From: Ginglymostoma cirratum
Lineage: Eukaryota
Direction of reading: 5' to 3'
Length of the DNA: 64,000 nucleotides
Assembly (NCBI GenBank): GCA_024137785.1
Contig: JAHRHZ010000035.1
Location: forward strand, 22,431,348-22,495,347
Shown: positions 25,870 through 37,739 of the stretch, in pieces
Numbering within the stretch: the first letter of the stretch is position 1
How the letters are laid out: each line of letters begins with the position of its first letter
Program-made: the position numbers and the translations under genes
The notes under the pieces: model-generated
Databases searched by the model: none
Told to the model about the DNA's origin: nothing
What the model saw: the letters and a program-made list of their open reading frames with translations, nothing else

Positions 25870-26360
25870 GCTTCTGTACTTGAACAATTTTAGGAACTGC
25901 ATTCAGGAAAGTTCAAAATCTTAGTAAAGATACAAAGGAATTTACCAGGAAGTTAATGGAGCTGAAGGACTTCAGTTACGAGTACAAGTTTAAAGAGTTA
26001 GGACAGCTTTCCTTATATCAGAGAAGATCATGACATGACCCAATGAAAGTTTTAAAGAGAGAAGTTTCGATAGAAGGGGGTAAAGAAGATACAATCTATG
26101 CAATGTAAATCAATAATGAGAGGTCACAGATTTAAAATAATTGGCAAAAGATCCAAGTGAGAATCACAAAAGTATTTTTCACTCAGATTTGTTCAGTCCA
26201 ACCTGAAAATGTGGTGGAGGCTGATTGCATAAATAATTTCCAAAGAGACTTGGGGATGAGAAACTTCGGGTTATGCATAAAATAAACGGAGAGGAGTCTA
26301 AGCGTGACTGTTCTTTCGAGAACGAAATGCCTTCTTTGATGATGTAAGATTCTGTGATTC
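25870..26360 (+). mobile_element. Old CR1-type LINE 3' fragment
   Basis: tacaaaggaatttaccagg...ggacttcagttacgag...atgagaggtcacagatttaaaataattggcaaaaga. Confidence 0.6.
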
Positions 26361-26791
26361 ATGACTGGATTAAAAGGGATGAATACCAAATCAAACACAG
26401 ATAAAAAGTTATTTTTTAAAAATCAGAAATAAACTGCGAAATGAAATTCAGAAAGTTCACAACCTTTCTCTGCAAAGCCTACAGTGTTGCTATTTATAAT
26501 ATACTAAATTTGCTACGCCAATTGCACAGGTTCTTTAATTAGGCATCAGAGTTTTCTGCTTGCCACATGAGCAGTTGAATACGTTGATCACTAAACAGAA
26601 TCACAAATCTCAGAAGCTGCAGATTCCTATACCTACAGCATTACTAATGCACTCTGAGGAAACAGAGTTTTGTGTTGATTTGCTGTAGAAATTAAGGAAA
26701 ACTGCTAGTATGACAATGAGAAAGAAATCCACAGAAGTTTAATTACCATTTTATACTTCATACTGCAGCTTTATTATTAATTGAAACAAAC

Positions 26792-26881
26792 CTTATGCTG
26801 CAACTCTTCCCTCTGCTTCCTTGTCTCTTCTAATGCTTTGGCAATTTCAATGCTTATAGTTTCTCTGCTGTTTAATTCTTC
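26792..26881 (-). CDS. GOLGA1: GOLGA1 coding exon 14
   Basis: EELNSRETISIEIAKALEETRKQREELQHK, 90 nt. Confidence 0.93.
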
Positions 26882-28308
26882 CTGCATTCAAACATTTGAT
26901 GGTTTTTTAGTATAATTATGCAATTAAAACTTCACAACGATCAGATTCAAGTTGCACATTAAATTAATAGTGCCATTAAATTATGGGGGAGTAAATTAAC
27001 ACAGATATTACATATGCAAGAGATGGAGCAAGCTAATAACACTGCTGTGATTAATTGAAAGATTGATGCAACTATTCAAGTTGTGGTGTGAGGGAGTGGT
27101 GGACGTGAGAAACTCATGTTGTGCACTAGTTTTAAACACTAACAGAAATATTGCTTACTTACATACAGTTATATCTCTTTGGGCACTTGAAACTTTAGGT
27201 CAAACAGAAGCATTCAAATCTGCTCAACTCACTTCATTGTTCAAATGTTTGATTGCCTATGAGATCAGTAGTACTCAGCATCTCATTGACTGGAAGTATT
27301 CAAACTATATCAAAATATCACATGAATGCCTATCCTACATGATATTAATGAACTTTTAATGGGCTAGTTGATTACTTAAGTTAGATATTTTGAAGAGCTT
27401 CTATTCAAGCTAAGCTTTAGGATTTGTGATGGAATAATGAAGTGTTAACAAACTATTTATATTTAATATTAGTAAAAATATCAATTGAACAAAAATAATT
27501 TTGATGCATGTTCGTCATAGTGAATGTTTCCCAATTAGAGCTGCCTATAATACTGCGCTATGTTTACAAAATAATTTTGTCAATAAAATGATTGTGAAGT
27601 GTTTTGAAGAAGGGTCACTAGTTAGAAAACGTTAACTCTGCTTTCTCTCCACATTTTCTGCTAGGCCTGCTGAGGTTTTTCAGCGATTCTGTTTTTGTTT
27701 GTCAAATGCTGCTGCTGTTTCCAAAGTGGCAGCTTAATTAATAACAATTTTTTCAGGTTTCTTTATTCCATGCTTGCTCTCTGCACCAGATAGGATCACT
27801 AGTCCTCGGCAGCTTTAATAAGTGCTTCACAGCAGCAGAATATACTGTTTTACAGTGAGATAACTATTCCAATTACATTCTTTCCACAGGCTACAAAAGT
27901 CAGCTATGCAAGCTTCTCATTGTCCCAGTTATAGAAACCATGCTGGGTCAATAGGGGAGAGAAGTCAAATAAAGGACATATTAATTACAAACCATGCTTA
28001 GAAGAATGAAAAGAATGCTTAAAAAAAAACCCATGCTTTTAGAAGAATGTCACATGTTGAAATTACAAATCATGAAGTAGTAGAAAAAATTATAATCGTT
28101 CTAACCAGAACAGTCTTAAATATATGCTTTTCATACATTACAGAACCTTTTATACCTGTTAAGATTATTCAACAGGCATAGAATGGAGTTTGAATCATTA
28201 TTGTTAACTAGTTAATGCGCTCTTCAAATGTTCAATTACTATATTCCTTCAGATATTTAGCATAAATTAATGTAATACTTCAAATAAAAATCAGCGTCAT
28301 AGAAAGTG

Positions 28309-28406
28309 AGATAACAAGGTGTAGAGCTGGATGAACACAGCAGGCCAAGCAGCATCAGAGGAGCAGGAAAGCTGACATTTCGGGTCTGGACCCTTCTTCA
28401 GAAAAA
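28309..28406 (-). mobile_element. Short hammerhead-bearing repeat with TSD
   Basis: TSD cag(c/t)gtcataga(a/g)agtg at 28292-28308 and 28407-28423. Reverse strand CTGAAGA-A-GGGTC-CA-GACCC-GAAA-TGTC. Confidence 0.8.
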
Positions 28407-28701
28407 CAGTGTCATAGAGAGTGTCTATTCCACGTAGAAAAAAAAAGTAACAAGAAAGTTGATACAGCTGCAGCAATAAAGGTAGCAAGTGAAAGAAATA
28501 AAGATTATATTTTGAAATGGGGATGTTTTTGATATGTTCCCGCAACTGGTCACCCAACATGATCACTAAGAGTCACGAAACAAGTCTCTTATCTGCCTTC
28601 TCAGCCTGGAACAGTAATGACATTATATGGAATGGAAAAATCATTAAAAATATTAGTTTAAAAAAACATTCTGGCTTGTAATTTTAGAATGTAATACTAA
28701 C

Positions 28702-28797
28702 CTTTGATCTTTCCAGTTCACATTCAACTTTCCTCAATGTGCGTTCTGTGTCATTAAGCCTATCACTTAGCTCTTCATTTTTCTTTTGGAATTGGCT
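28702..28797 (-). CDS. GOLGA1: GOLGA1 coding exon 13
   Basis: SQFQKKNEELSDRLNDTERTLRKVECELERSK, 96 nt. Confidence 0.9.
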
Positions 28798-29249
28798 CTG
28801 TGCACAAGTGAACACAAATAGATGTGTTTGTATACTGGTCAGTTAGGCTATAAGGCTGCATATAGTATAAAAGTCAGCTAAAAGACATTTTGATTTCCCG
28901 TAACTGGAAATGTGAAGAAATGATCTTACAGGGACAAACAAATTAATGGAGAACGGTAAACACAGACTAATGGAAAAATAACTTGTGTCTAATCGAGCTT
29001 CAGACAACAAGAAAACAACATGTCCACAGTTATCTGATATAAAAACAAGCACTGGTAATCTAATAGGTATTTATTTTGTACCATAGCTTTTCATAGTTCA
29101 TGGAATTATTTTAAAGTATCGTAATGTTAAATGGATCACTTTTTTATGGCATCCTCTATTTTAGGCTACTGCAAATTATATCTTGTAAAACTCTGTCATG
29201 TTCACCATTCTAAAAAACAGAATACACTCCATTTCAGTTAGTGTAAGAG

Positions 29250-29610
29250 CTTTGTTTTCCCTGAGAATAGGGGAGGTTGAGAGGGGACATGATGGAGATG
29301 AAGGGCACAGATAAGAGTAGACAAGGAGAAATATTTCCCCTTGATGGATGACCATGCGGGATAAATTTAAGGGGCAGTAGATTTAGAGGAGATGCGAGGA
29401 AAAATCTTTTCACCCAGGGGGTGGTGGGAATCAAGAACTCACTGTCTGTAAAGGTGGTACAGGTAGAGACCCTCATAAACATTTAACAAGTATCTAGACG
29501 CGCACTTGCGATGCCAAGACATACAAGGCTATAAGACAAGTGTTGGAAAATAGGTGGTTGTTTTGACTGGTGCAGACACAATGGGCTGAAGGGCCTTTCT
29601 TTGAGCTGTA
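29250..29610 (+). mobile_element. CR1-type LINE 3' fragment
   Basis: ttgttttccctgagaatagggaggttgagaggggacatg...tttcacccagggggtggtggga. Confidence 0.75.
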
Positions 29611-29614
29611 CAGC

Positions 29615-32600
29615 CTGATGACCCTACCAGCCATACTCTTTTCCTGGTTATTCTAATGCCCCTAAAATACATATAAAATGTCTTTATATTTTCCTTAATG
29701 CTAACAGCCAGTGTTTCTTCATGTTCCCCCTTCACTCTCCTAATTTCTTTCTCAAACAGGGCCCTACACTTTCTAGACTCTTCTAGGGCTTCCACTGTTT
29801 TGAGCCTTTGGTATCTACCATAAGCTTTTTTTTTTGGTTAACCAATCCTGTACATCCCTTGACATCCAAGGTTCTTTATATTTGTTGGTCCCACTTTTAC
29901 CTTTACTGGAATGTGTTGACCCTGCACTCTCACTATCACCATTTTTTAATGTCTCCCATCATTCTGATGTGGATTTTCCTGCAAGTAGGTAATTCTAATG
30001 CACTTGGGCTAGATCCTGTCTTATCTCACCAAAGTTGGTCTTCCCTATTCAGAACCTTTATTTCTCATCCATCTTTGCCCTTATCCATAATTACCTTAAA
30101 TCTTACTAAATTATGGCCATTATCACCAAGATGCTCTCCCACTTCATTTCCTCTAATCAGGTCCAGCATTGCTCCTCCTTTTGTAATAGCTCCTACGTGC
30201 TGGCTTAAAAAGCTCTCCTTGACACATTTTAAGATTCTGCCCCTCTAAGCCTTTCACATTTGCCTGACCCAGTTTATATTGGGGAAGTTGAGGTTACCTG
30301 CTATTATTACCCAATTTGGCTACATATCTGTCTGTATATCTCTCTCTGATTGATAAGGGTGTACTGTAGACCTCCCAAACAAAGTGATCGCTCCCTTTAG
30401 TTTTTAAGTTCTACTCGTATGGCCTCTGCAGTGGTTAAAACCATGGCCACGTGGATCTCACTGACAATGAGATCCTTGATTGGGGTTGTTTACCTGGGCC
30501 AATCAGGGAGCCCTGGCAAACAGACATAAACAGGAGGTTCAGAAGGTCTCCTCAAGCTAGGGATTGGCTTTGAGCTGGCTGGTCACAGCCCATGTACAGT
30601 GCACATGTAAATAAAGGGTGACTTGGTGATGGGATACCGGAGTCTGCAGTTATCTTAGTGATGACAAGAGTGGGATTAATGATGTAACCATGCAAAAGTG
30701 CCTACTAGCTGAAGCCTAACTAGACTTCAAACAGGCACTACAACTGGCTTCGTCATTCGAGAATGCGGCAAGTGGGGCATGGGAGGTGCAGGGCATCCCA
30801 ACGGAAGTGGGCTCCTCACCAATCTGACTGAGCTTGGGGAAACCACTTGAATGTAGGCAATTGCAGTGCCTCATGCAGGGCACGTCCTGAGCAGAGGGAA
30901 CCTAGGCCAGCCCACAGCAAAACTCCACAACAAAGTTGAGCCTCGGCCAAATAGCTAAAAAAGTTCTTCAGGATCCAGGCTGGCAAGCCATTGTATGTGC
31001 TGCCGGTATGCGGACTTGAGACAGCAAAGAGTCCTATGAGACCTGACTTGAGTAAGAGAACTCATAGGCCAGTATCTCGTCACCAAGTCACCCTTCATTT
31101 ACATGTGCACTCTACATGGCGTCTTATCAGCCAGCTCAAAGCCAGTCCCGAGACTGAACAGACCTTCGGAATCTCCTTTTTATATCTGTTTGCAAGGGAT
31201 TCCTGATTGGAAACAAAACAGAAACATTGCTGGAAAAGCTTTATCAAGTCTGACAGCAACTGTGGACAGAAATCAGAGTTAATGGGGTCCAGTGAGCCTT
31301 CCTCAGAAAGGTCCCCTGATCAGCCTAGGTTAACAACTCCAATCAAGGATTTCATAATCAATGAGAACCACATGGCCATGGTTCCAATCGCTATAAACCT
31401 CCCCCACTAAATCTGGGATGTGGGCTAGTTCTTTCCCTTATGGATTCTCCTGGAACGTTTTTGCCCCAGGTCTGATTCCTCTGACTCGGACTATAGACTC
31501 TCTCTTACGGCTGGAGCATCTCGGGAGAGTTTCCTCCTCGTCTTCTGGCAGTAATGGCATCAAGACATCTTGGCGTCTGAGGTTTCCTCAACATAAAACT
31601 GGGAGGGAGAACCATTGGTTTCTGACAGCCTTTCTGGCTATTCTTAGGGGCCAGGTATGTTTTGCTCCTGCCCAGTCGAAGCTTTCAAGTGATCTATACG
31701 TTTGTTCAGGACCACCTCACGTACTCAAACTTTGTATGTCATGGGACATGACCTCATGTCAACTTCGTCTTGTACCCATGCCAAGCCATTTCCGTGGCTC
31801 CGGCACCAAACTTCGTCCCCTGAAGTAAACTCTCTCTTATTTAGAGGAGGCAACTTGGCCGGCAATGGCATTCCTGCTACCGTTTCAGCCCCGTTTGAGA
31901 ATTCTTTTAACATACTGTCGTTCCTTACTGCAGTAACTGACTTCTAGATCAATATTGCAACGAACCTGCTCTTTTACATCACACTATCTCGGATAAAGAT
32001 TCTATACACCAAAATATTGAGCTGTCAGACCTGTCTTTCTTTCACTCATGTCTCAGTGAAAGCAATGATATCACATCTCCATGCATTAATCAACTCCCAT
32101 CAACTCATCTGCCTTACTTGCAAGCTTCCTTGCATTAATATAACTGGCTTCAGCCTTGCCTTGTACTCTTACACCTTAATCTGACAATATTATCACTGCC
32201 TTCTAGATTGACTTGGTTCTTCTGTAATTGTCTGTGCATCACTGCCTGCTGTCCCGCCACTCTGCATCCCTGCCAAATTCGTTTAAACCCCCAGCAACCG
32301 CACTAGTGAAGCTTCACACTACAGTTTGGATAAAATCTATCAGAATTGTATAGCTCCCACCTTCCCCAGAAATGGACCCAGTGATCCAGGAATCTATAGC
32401 TCATTCTTCTGCTCCAACTCTTCAGCGATGCATTCATCTGTTTGATTTTCCTATTCCTATACTCACTCGCACATGGCACTTACTGCTTTTTAACCTGCTA
32501 GCTAGCTCCCTAAATTCTTGTTACAGGGCCTCATCCCTCTTTCTACTCATGTCTCATTCCAATATGATACTCCCTCCCCTTTCATATAGCTCTGCAACCA

Positions 32601-32800
32601 GTGACATCCTTGACTCTGGTTCCAGGGAGGCGATGCACTGGAATCATGTCTGCATCTACAGAAATACCTGTGTGTACATCTCGCAATTGAATCTCCTACG
32701 ACAACTGTTATTTGTTCTCTTTCTGCTCCCCACTTGTGCAGCTGGGCTCTGGCTGAACTCCCCAGCTTATCACAAGCTGAATGGAGCTCAATCCAGTGAG
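29615..32800 (-). mobile_element. CR1-type LINE internal fragment (ORF1/endonuclease region) split by an LTR-element insertion at about 30427-31915
   Basis: ORF 29529-29795 (KEIRRVKGEHEETLAVSIKENIKTFYMY) is CR1 ORF2 linker-like. Similar reverse-strand text resumes after 31930. Confidence 0.65.
30427..31915. mobile_element. Rearranged Gypsy-like LTR retrotransposon remnant with two LTR copies in inverted orientation
   Basis: 30427-30657 (+) matches the reverse complement of 31081-31397. A purine tract (tagtgggggagg on minus) abuts the second copy. ORF 31725-31913 (REFTSGDEVWCRSHGNGLAWVQ...PMTYKV) resembles a Gypsy integrase C-terminus. Confidence 0.7.
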
Positions 32801-33083
32801 CTTTCCGATTGGTGGGGTCAGTCTTCACTGAACATGCCCAACCCACATTTAGGTACAGGAGAACTAAATCTTGATCACTGGGTGGAAGAGGATGGATTTT
32901 ACTATTCTGTTTACCTCTTTCTCCAACCCATTCCTGTTATCCTCCATTCTGCCAATAAGACGTAAGGAGATATGACCCAAATGGTCCTGGTATCTTCACC
33001 ATGTGAAGGGAGACTGTCACTAAGTGATGGTTGCACAACTCCAGTTAATGGCCTAGAAGGATCAGAAGCAGTTACCTACTTAC

Positions 33084-33113
33084 TTCGTCCTTTGATGTCG
33101 AAAACAAATGCCT
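33084..33113 (-). CDS. GOLGA1: Candidate alternative in-frame micro-exon of GOLGA1 (RHLFSTSKDE)
   Basis: tttatttccgtttttattcag|AGG CAT TTG TTT TCG ACA TCA AAG GAC GAA|gtaagt. 30 nt, phase 0/0, no stop. Not counted among the 21 exons. Confidence 0.5.
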
Positions 33114-33192
33114 CTGAATAAAAACGGAAATAAAGCATAAAAGTTTAGATCCTCATTTTTGAAAAAGATCACACTCACAGTATATTACTTAC

Positions 33193-33345
33193 TATCTTGT
33201 GTTGTGAGGCTGTTTTGTCAAATTCACGGGCAGTTTCAAGAGCAGCAATTTGAGCATCCACTCGGTTAGTTCTTTCTGTGTGCTGATGTTTTAAAACAGC
33301 AATTTGATGCTGCAATCTATTGTTTGCAGCGTCACTTTCTTCTTG
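33193..33345 (-). CDS. GOLGA1: GOLGA1 coding exon 12
   Basis: QEESDAANNRLQHQIAVLKHQHTERTNRVDAQIAALETAREFDKTASQHKI, 153 nt. Confidence 0.92.
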
Positions 33346-33493
33346 CTATGAAAAAGAAATTCTCATCAACAAAATCTCAATTAAACTTACTACAAATACA
33401 AATACAATTACCTACATCAAATCTTGAAATTTTTCTTTTTAAAAAGTTGATTTTGTTCTTGGATTCGTAACAAATTCATTTAATTTTTCTTAC

Positions 33494-33589
33494 CAGCTTT
33501 TTTAATTGAGCTTCTTTTTCATTCATATCACTTTCTTTTTGCACTAGCTTTTTCTTCGTAAAATTTAATTGTTCCTCCAATTCATTGAT
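33494..33589 (-). CDS. GOLGA1: GOLGA1 coding exon 11
   Basis: INELEEQLNFTKKKLVQKESDMNEKEAQLKKL, 96 nt. Acceptor is GAG. Confidence 0.85.
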
Positions 33590-34056
33590 CTCGGAAGTAA
33601 GCAGATTATTATAACTAGGTGAAACAGTTGCTGATTTTCTTTTAAAATTTCCAACATTAAGGAAAGATCAAATCAATGAGAACAGCTACAACTCATGCAT
33701 TCAGGTGCTGTTGTATGTTTTCTTCAAACAGCCATAAGAGTATAAAATAAAAGCAGATTTTCAGGCCATGTTAAATATTTAAGATATTCCACAACCTGTC
33801 AACAGGTGGCTAAGTAATTGGACTACAGTCACATGTTGTTAATAACTTAAGGAATATCTTTATTAAGCCAGGAAAGCGGGGTTCAAGTCCAATCTGCTCC
33901 AGAGTGTGTAAAAACAGGTTGATGAGAAATATCTAGAGTTATAAAGCCGAGGTCAACGCCCCTCTGATAACTAAAACAGAAATATTCAGAGAGGCTTGCC
34001 TCACCCTATATTCTGTTAACAGTGTGAAAAGTCATAACATGCCTCTCACTCCAATC

Positions 34057-34796
34057 TGTTATAAAGAAGTGGTTAAATGAAATAAACTCCCGACACTCAC
34101 TCTATAATCAACAAGTTAACAATTTATTTATCTAATGCTAATAGCGAAGAAATTAACTGAACTATCAACAAACCAAACAACTCCCTTCTAACTGCTGACT
34201 ATTTCAGAATAAAACAAAATTCTAATGGTGTGCTGTTGTAATAAACACATGTCCCACATACATAAAAACAAAAAAAATTAGAACTTAGCCTCTCGAAATT
34301 AGTCGGTTACATCTTCCGGAATGTTCTGTGTCTTCTCCATTGATTTTCGGTAAGGAACGCCTCCTCTTTTGAACTCTTTTGTCAGAATATTAACTAAGAG
34401 TGCTGCGGTACCTTTATTTAGATGATGCTTTCTCTAAGAGCTGAGAGAGCTGATCTCTCAGCAGATGGCAGTATGCTCTCCACTGATTTTGCAATTGTCC
34501 CCGTCTTTTATATCTTCGATAATATATCAATTTCTTACAATGGGATTGATCCTATGTTGTCAAAGCTATCAGATTTAAATTTAATAGGCTTTTTGTATCT
34601 AAGTGCCCGATTTAAATTAACTGGCTAACTTAAAACTGGGTGTCTTCATAACTAAACAAAACTGCAGCTAAGCCTTTGACACAAATGTTACAATTCAGGT
34701 GCTCTGTGCACTTGCAAACCCACAAGCTGCCCACAGACATTTTCTTTTTTAATCTCCAAGCCTAGAAAAACTCATCACACACTACATTTCCCCCCT
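34057..34796 (-). mobile_element. Candidate LTR with adjacent polypurine tract
   Basis: TGT...ACA termini (34057, 34786), minus-strand AGGGGGGAAA immediately upstream, and a minus-strand AATAAA near 34122. Confidence 0.45.
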
Positions 34797-35594
34797 ATCA
34801 TTTTCTAAACATCAATATTTTACAAACACCAAATTCTAACGTCCTGCCTTCCAATCCACAAGTACTCTTCCCAACTTTGCAATGCTAGGCACCTGACTAA
34901 CATTCCCGTCTTCCAAAGCTTGCGCCATGTCATCTTTTCGCTTCATCAAAATCTGGATTTCTACCACCTTATCATTTACTTTAGCTAGTTAAAAACAAAT
35001 CAGCAAAATGAAGTTTAAAAAGCAGAAATGTGAACATACTTTAAATCATGGCATGTTGGCCAAGCTGACATAGATTTCAAACCCATTTTTCTAGTGCCAA
35101 AAATCATGTTTTTGCATGTACTCAGTGTACAAGTCTGCCCCACTTTGCAGTCACTACATGTTATGCTCACCTCAGTCATCAGCTCCAATCTTTCACTCCA
35201 TAAATACATGTTTCACTTATTACCTTATAACTGGGTGCAAGAGATCAAACACAGACATCAGCTTTGTTAGGAAGATGTGCATGAGTTTAAGACAAGCTAA
35301 CTTTTTGTGTTGGATGTCAATAACATTTTAAAATGCAGAACACCCACACCCATGCCAGCAATTCATTTTATACTTGGTGTACAGTTAAACAGAAGAGGGA
35401 AAAAAAACAAATTTTCACGCCAGGTTAAAAGGTTCTGGAGGCATTTTGAGGCTTCGCAGGTCAACTTATACACCAACACTGATATTTTAATGAATGAAAG
35501 TCAGAGATGTACAGCACGGAAACAGACCTTTCGATCCAACTCATCCAATGCCAACCAATTTTTGATATTAATTTGACCTGTAGAAAGCACATAC

Positions 35595-35690
35595 CTGTGT
35601 TTTGAGAGTACTGACAGTCACAGTGTGGCTAGTCTTAGTTTCCAACAAATGATGCTTTGTTTCTTCCAGTTTCTGCTCCAGACAGGATTT
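35595..35690 (-). CDS. GOLGA1: GOLGA1 coding exon 10
   Basis: KSCLEQKLEETKHHLLETKTSHTVTVSTLKTQ, 96 nt. Confidence 0.92.
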
Positions 35691-35922
35691 CTGCACAACA
35701 CATTAACTTGTTAGCAACATAATTATGATTTAAACTCAGCCTTAATAAAATTATATATACTACATAAAAACAGAGTTAAAAGATTCATGCTGAGAGAGAA
35801 AAATGCAGTAGTACTCAAATGCATAATAATTTGTTTCAAGACATAAATCAAGCAACAGAAAATCTCTGAAAATCATTTTCTGGGTGGCATAATAAAGGCA
35901 TTTTTCATTCTGTTAATAATAC

Positions 35923-36048
35923 CTCTTCAAGCAGCTCCTGAATATGCTCATCCTCTGAAAAGTTTCCCTCTAACCGTTTCTCTAGGGAAAATACTTTTGC
36001 TTGCAGATGCTCTATAAACTTTCCCTTCTCCTCTGTCACTGCCGATGT
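35923..36048 (-). CDS. GOLGA1: GOLGA1 coding exon 9
   Basis: TSAVTEEKGKFIEHLQAKVFSLEKRLEGNFSEDEHIQELLEE, 126 nt. Confidence 0.93.
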
Positions 36049-37562
36049 CTATTTCAAAAGTACAACATAGATAGTGAGAAATCAAGGCAACTTATGACAG
36101 CTTACAATAATTGAAAATGGTTACTCGCTAACATGCAAGAATCACAATAAGCTGCAGGATCAAGTTTAAAATCAACTATATCTAAAAGGAATGAAAATGA
36201 TGAAGCTCATTTACCTTAGACAGGTAGTAGTCACCATGCAATTAACTGATGCATTACAAAGCATCTCTTATTTCTGGAGGTCAATTTGCTCCTTCTCTAG
36301 CTTTCTTAATATATTAAATGTTTTGTTTTGTTTAAAAATTAGAGACCAGATTGACAGTACTTTAACAATATGGTTTATACTAACTGTAGCACAATATTTA
36401 CTTCCGGAGGAGGCCTTGTACATCATTATTTCCCTAATAGATTATAACATGGACTTGGTTAATGGACTAAACTATGAAAATTAAGTAAAACCTGATAGTA
36501 ACCACACATTTTCTCATTATAATGACTGTTACGATCTCAGCTGATGATAATACTGGATAAGTCAGATCTCGGTGTGAAAACTGACTTGACAGGTCATAAG
36601 TTTTACTTTTAAGGTTTGATTCCTGTAATGGTCAGTTACTAAGATTATTCAGACTAGGTTGCCAAAGTTCTGTTAACAAAGCAGAACAAGTTTATTACAC
36701 AAAGGCAAAATAAGGCTAAATATGTACACCCAAGACAACTGAGAAAGATCTCAACATCAACAGCAAATAGATTCAACCCTTTTCCCAGCAATATCCTAAA
36801 TGGTCACTCAGTCCCAATGAAGTATCCTATCTTTATGTTTAATTATTTTTTCAAATGACTCTTTCCAGCCCTCCTTAAGCTGTTTCAGCAGTTCATGGTT
36901 TCTGTTCAATTCTGATGGCCAGAGGACCACAAAATGCCCAGTTACTTCTTTCCAATTTTGACAACTTGGAGATTTCTCCTAATTCTCACAGCCTGGAGAC
37001 TTCTATAAACTAAATAAAACTCCCCCTCTACTGAGATGGCTTTTCTTCTGAGCTCATTCTACTAGCAGCCTCTGACCAATTATTCGTGTATCATAAAAAC
37101 TCAAATTAGTAAACATTCAGCAATTAGATATCCAGGTGGATGAAGAATGCATGTAACTTAAATCACATTTTCTTAGAAAAGCCATTTTTAGTTCACTGTT
37201 CAAAATTACTATCTGGTCTTTACAAAAAGAAAATTGTAGAATACAAAATTCACAGAACTAAAATCTAAAACCCACTTTTCCCTCACTTTCAAATCTAAAT
37301 TTCCAAATAATAACATACTACAAACCTACATCACATTATCAAAGGCAAAAGTTATTTTTCATAGCATTTAAACACACTAAATTATAACTTTGCACTTTCC
37401 AAGGATCTAGCAAAGAAATAAACAGATTCTGAAATACAACTGGAAGCCAATCAGAATGAATTTTGTTCAGATTAAAATAGCCATAATGGCTGAATAAAGA
37501 AGTGGATTACCAAAGACTACTGAACCTTTTTATATTTGAAATAAAACTCTAAACATTTGTAC

Positions 37563-37674
37563 CTTATGTAAATCAGTTGACAGCCTTTGATTCACATCCT
37601 GTAATTCCTGTGTTCTGTATTCTAACTCCATTATTTTTCCTTCTGCACTTTTTTTGGTAGCCTCAAATTCTTCT
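37563..37674 (-). CDS. GOLGA1: GOLGA1 coding exon 8
   Basis: (R)EEFEATKKSAEGKIMELEYRTQELQDVNQRLSTDLHK, 112 nt. Confidence 0.92.
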
Positions 37675-37739
37675 CTGCACATTAAACAAAATTTAACAGG
37701 ATTTTAAAGAATAACATAGCAAACATTATCTGTCGTTTT

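Noticed and set aside
32372-32965. Longest ORF in the track (197 aa)
   Set aside because: Lies antisense to a decayed CR1 5' region and has no recognisable domain.
36526-37320. Possible solo LTR (also about 24226-24712)
   Set aside because: TG start and a minus-strand AATAAA are present, but I could not fix the other end or a TSD, so it is not reported as a feature.
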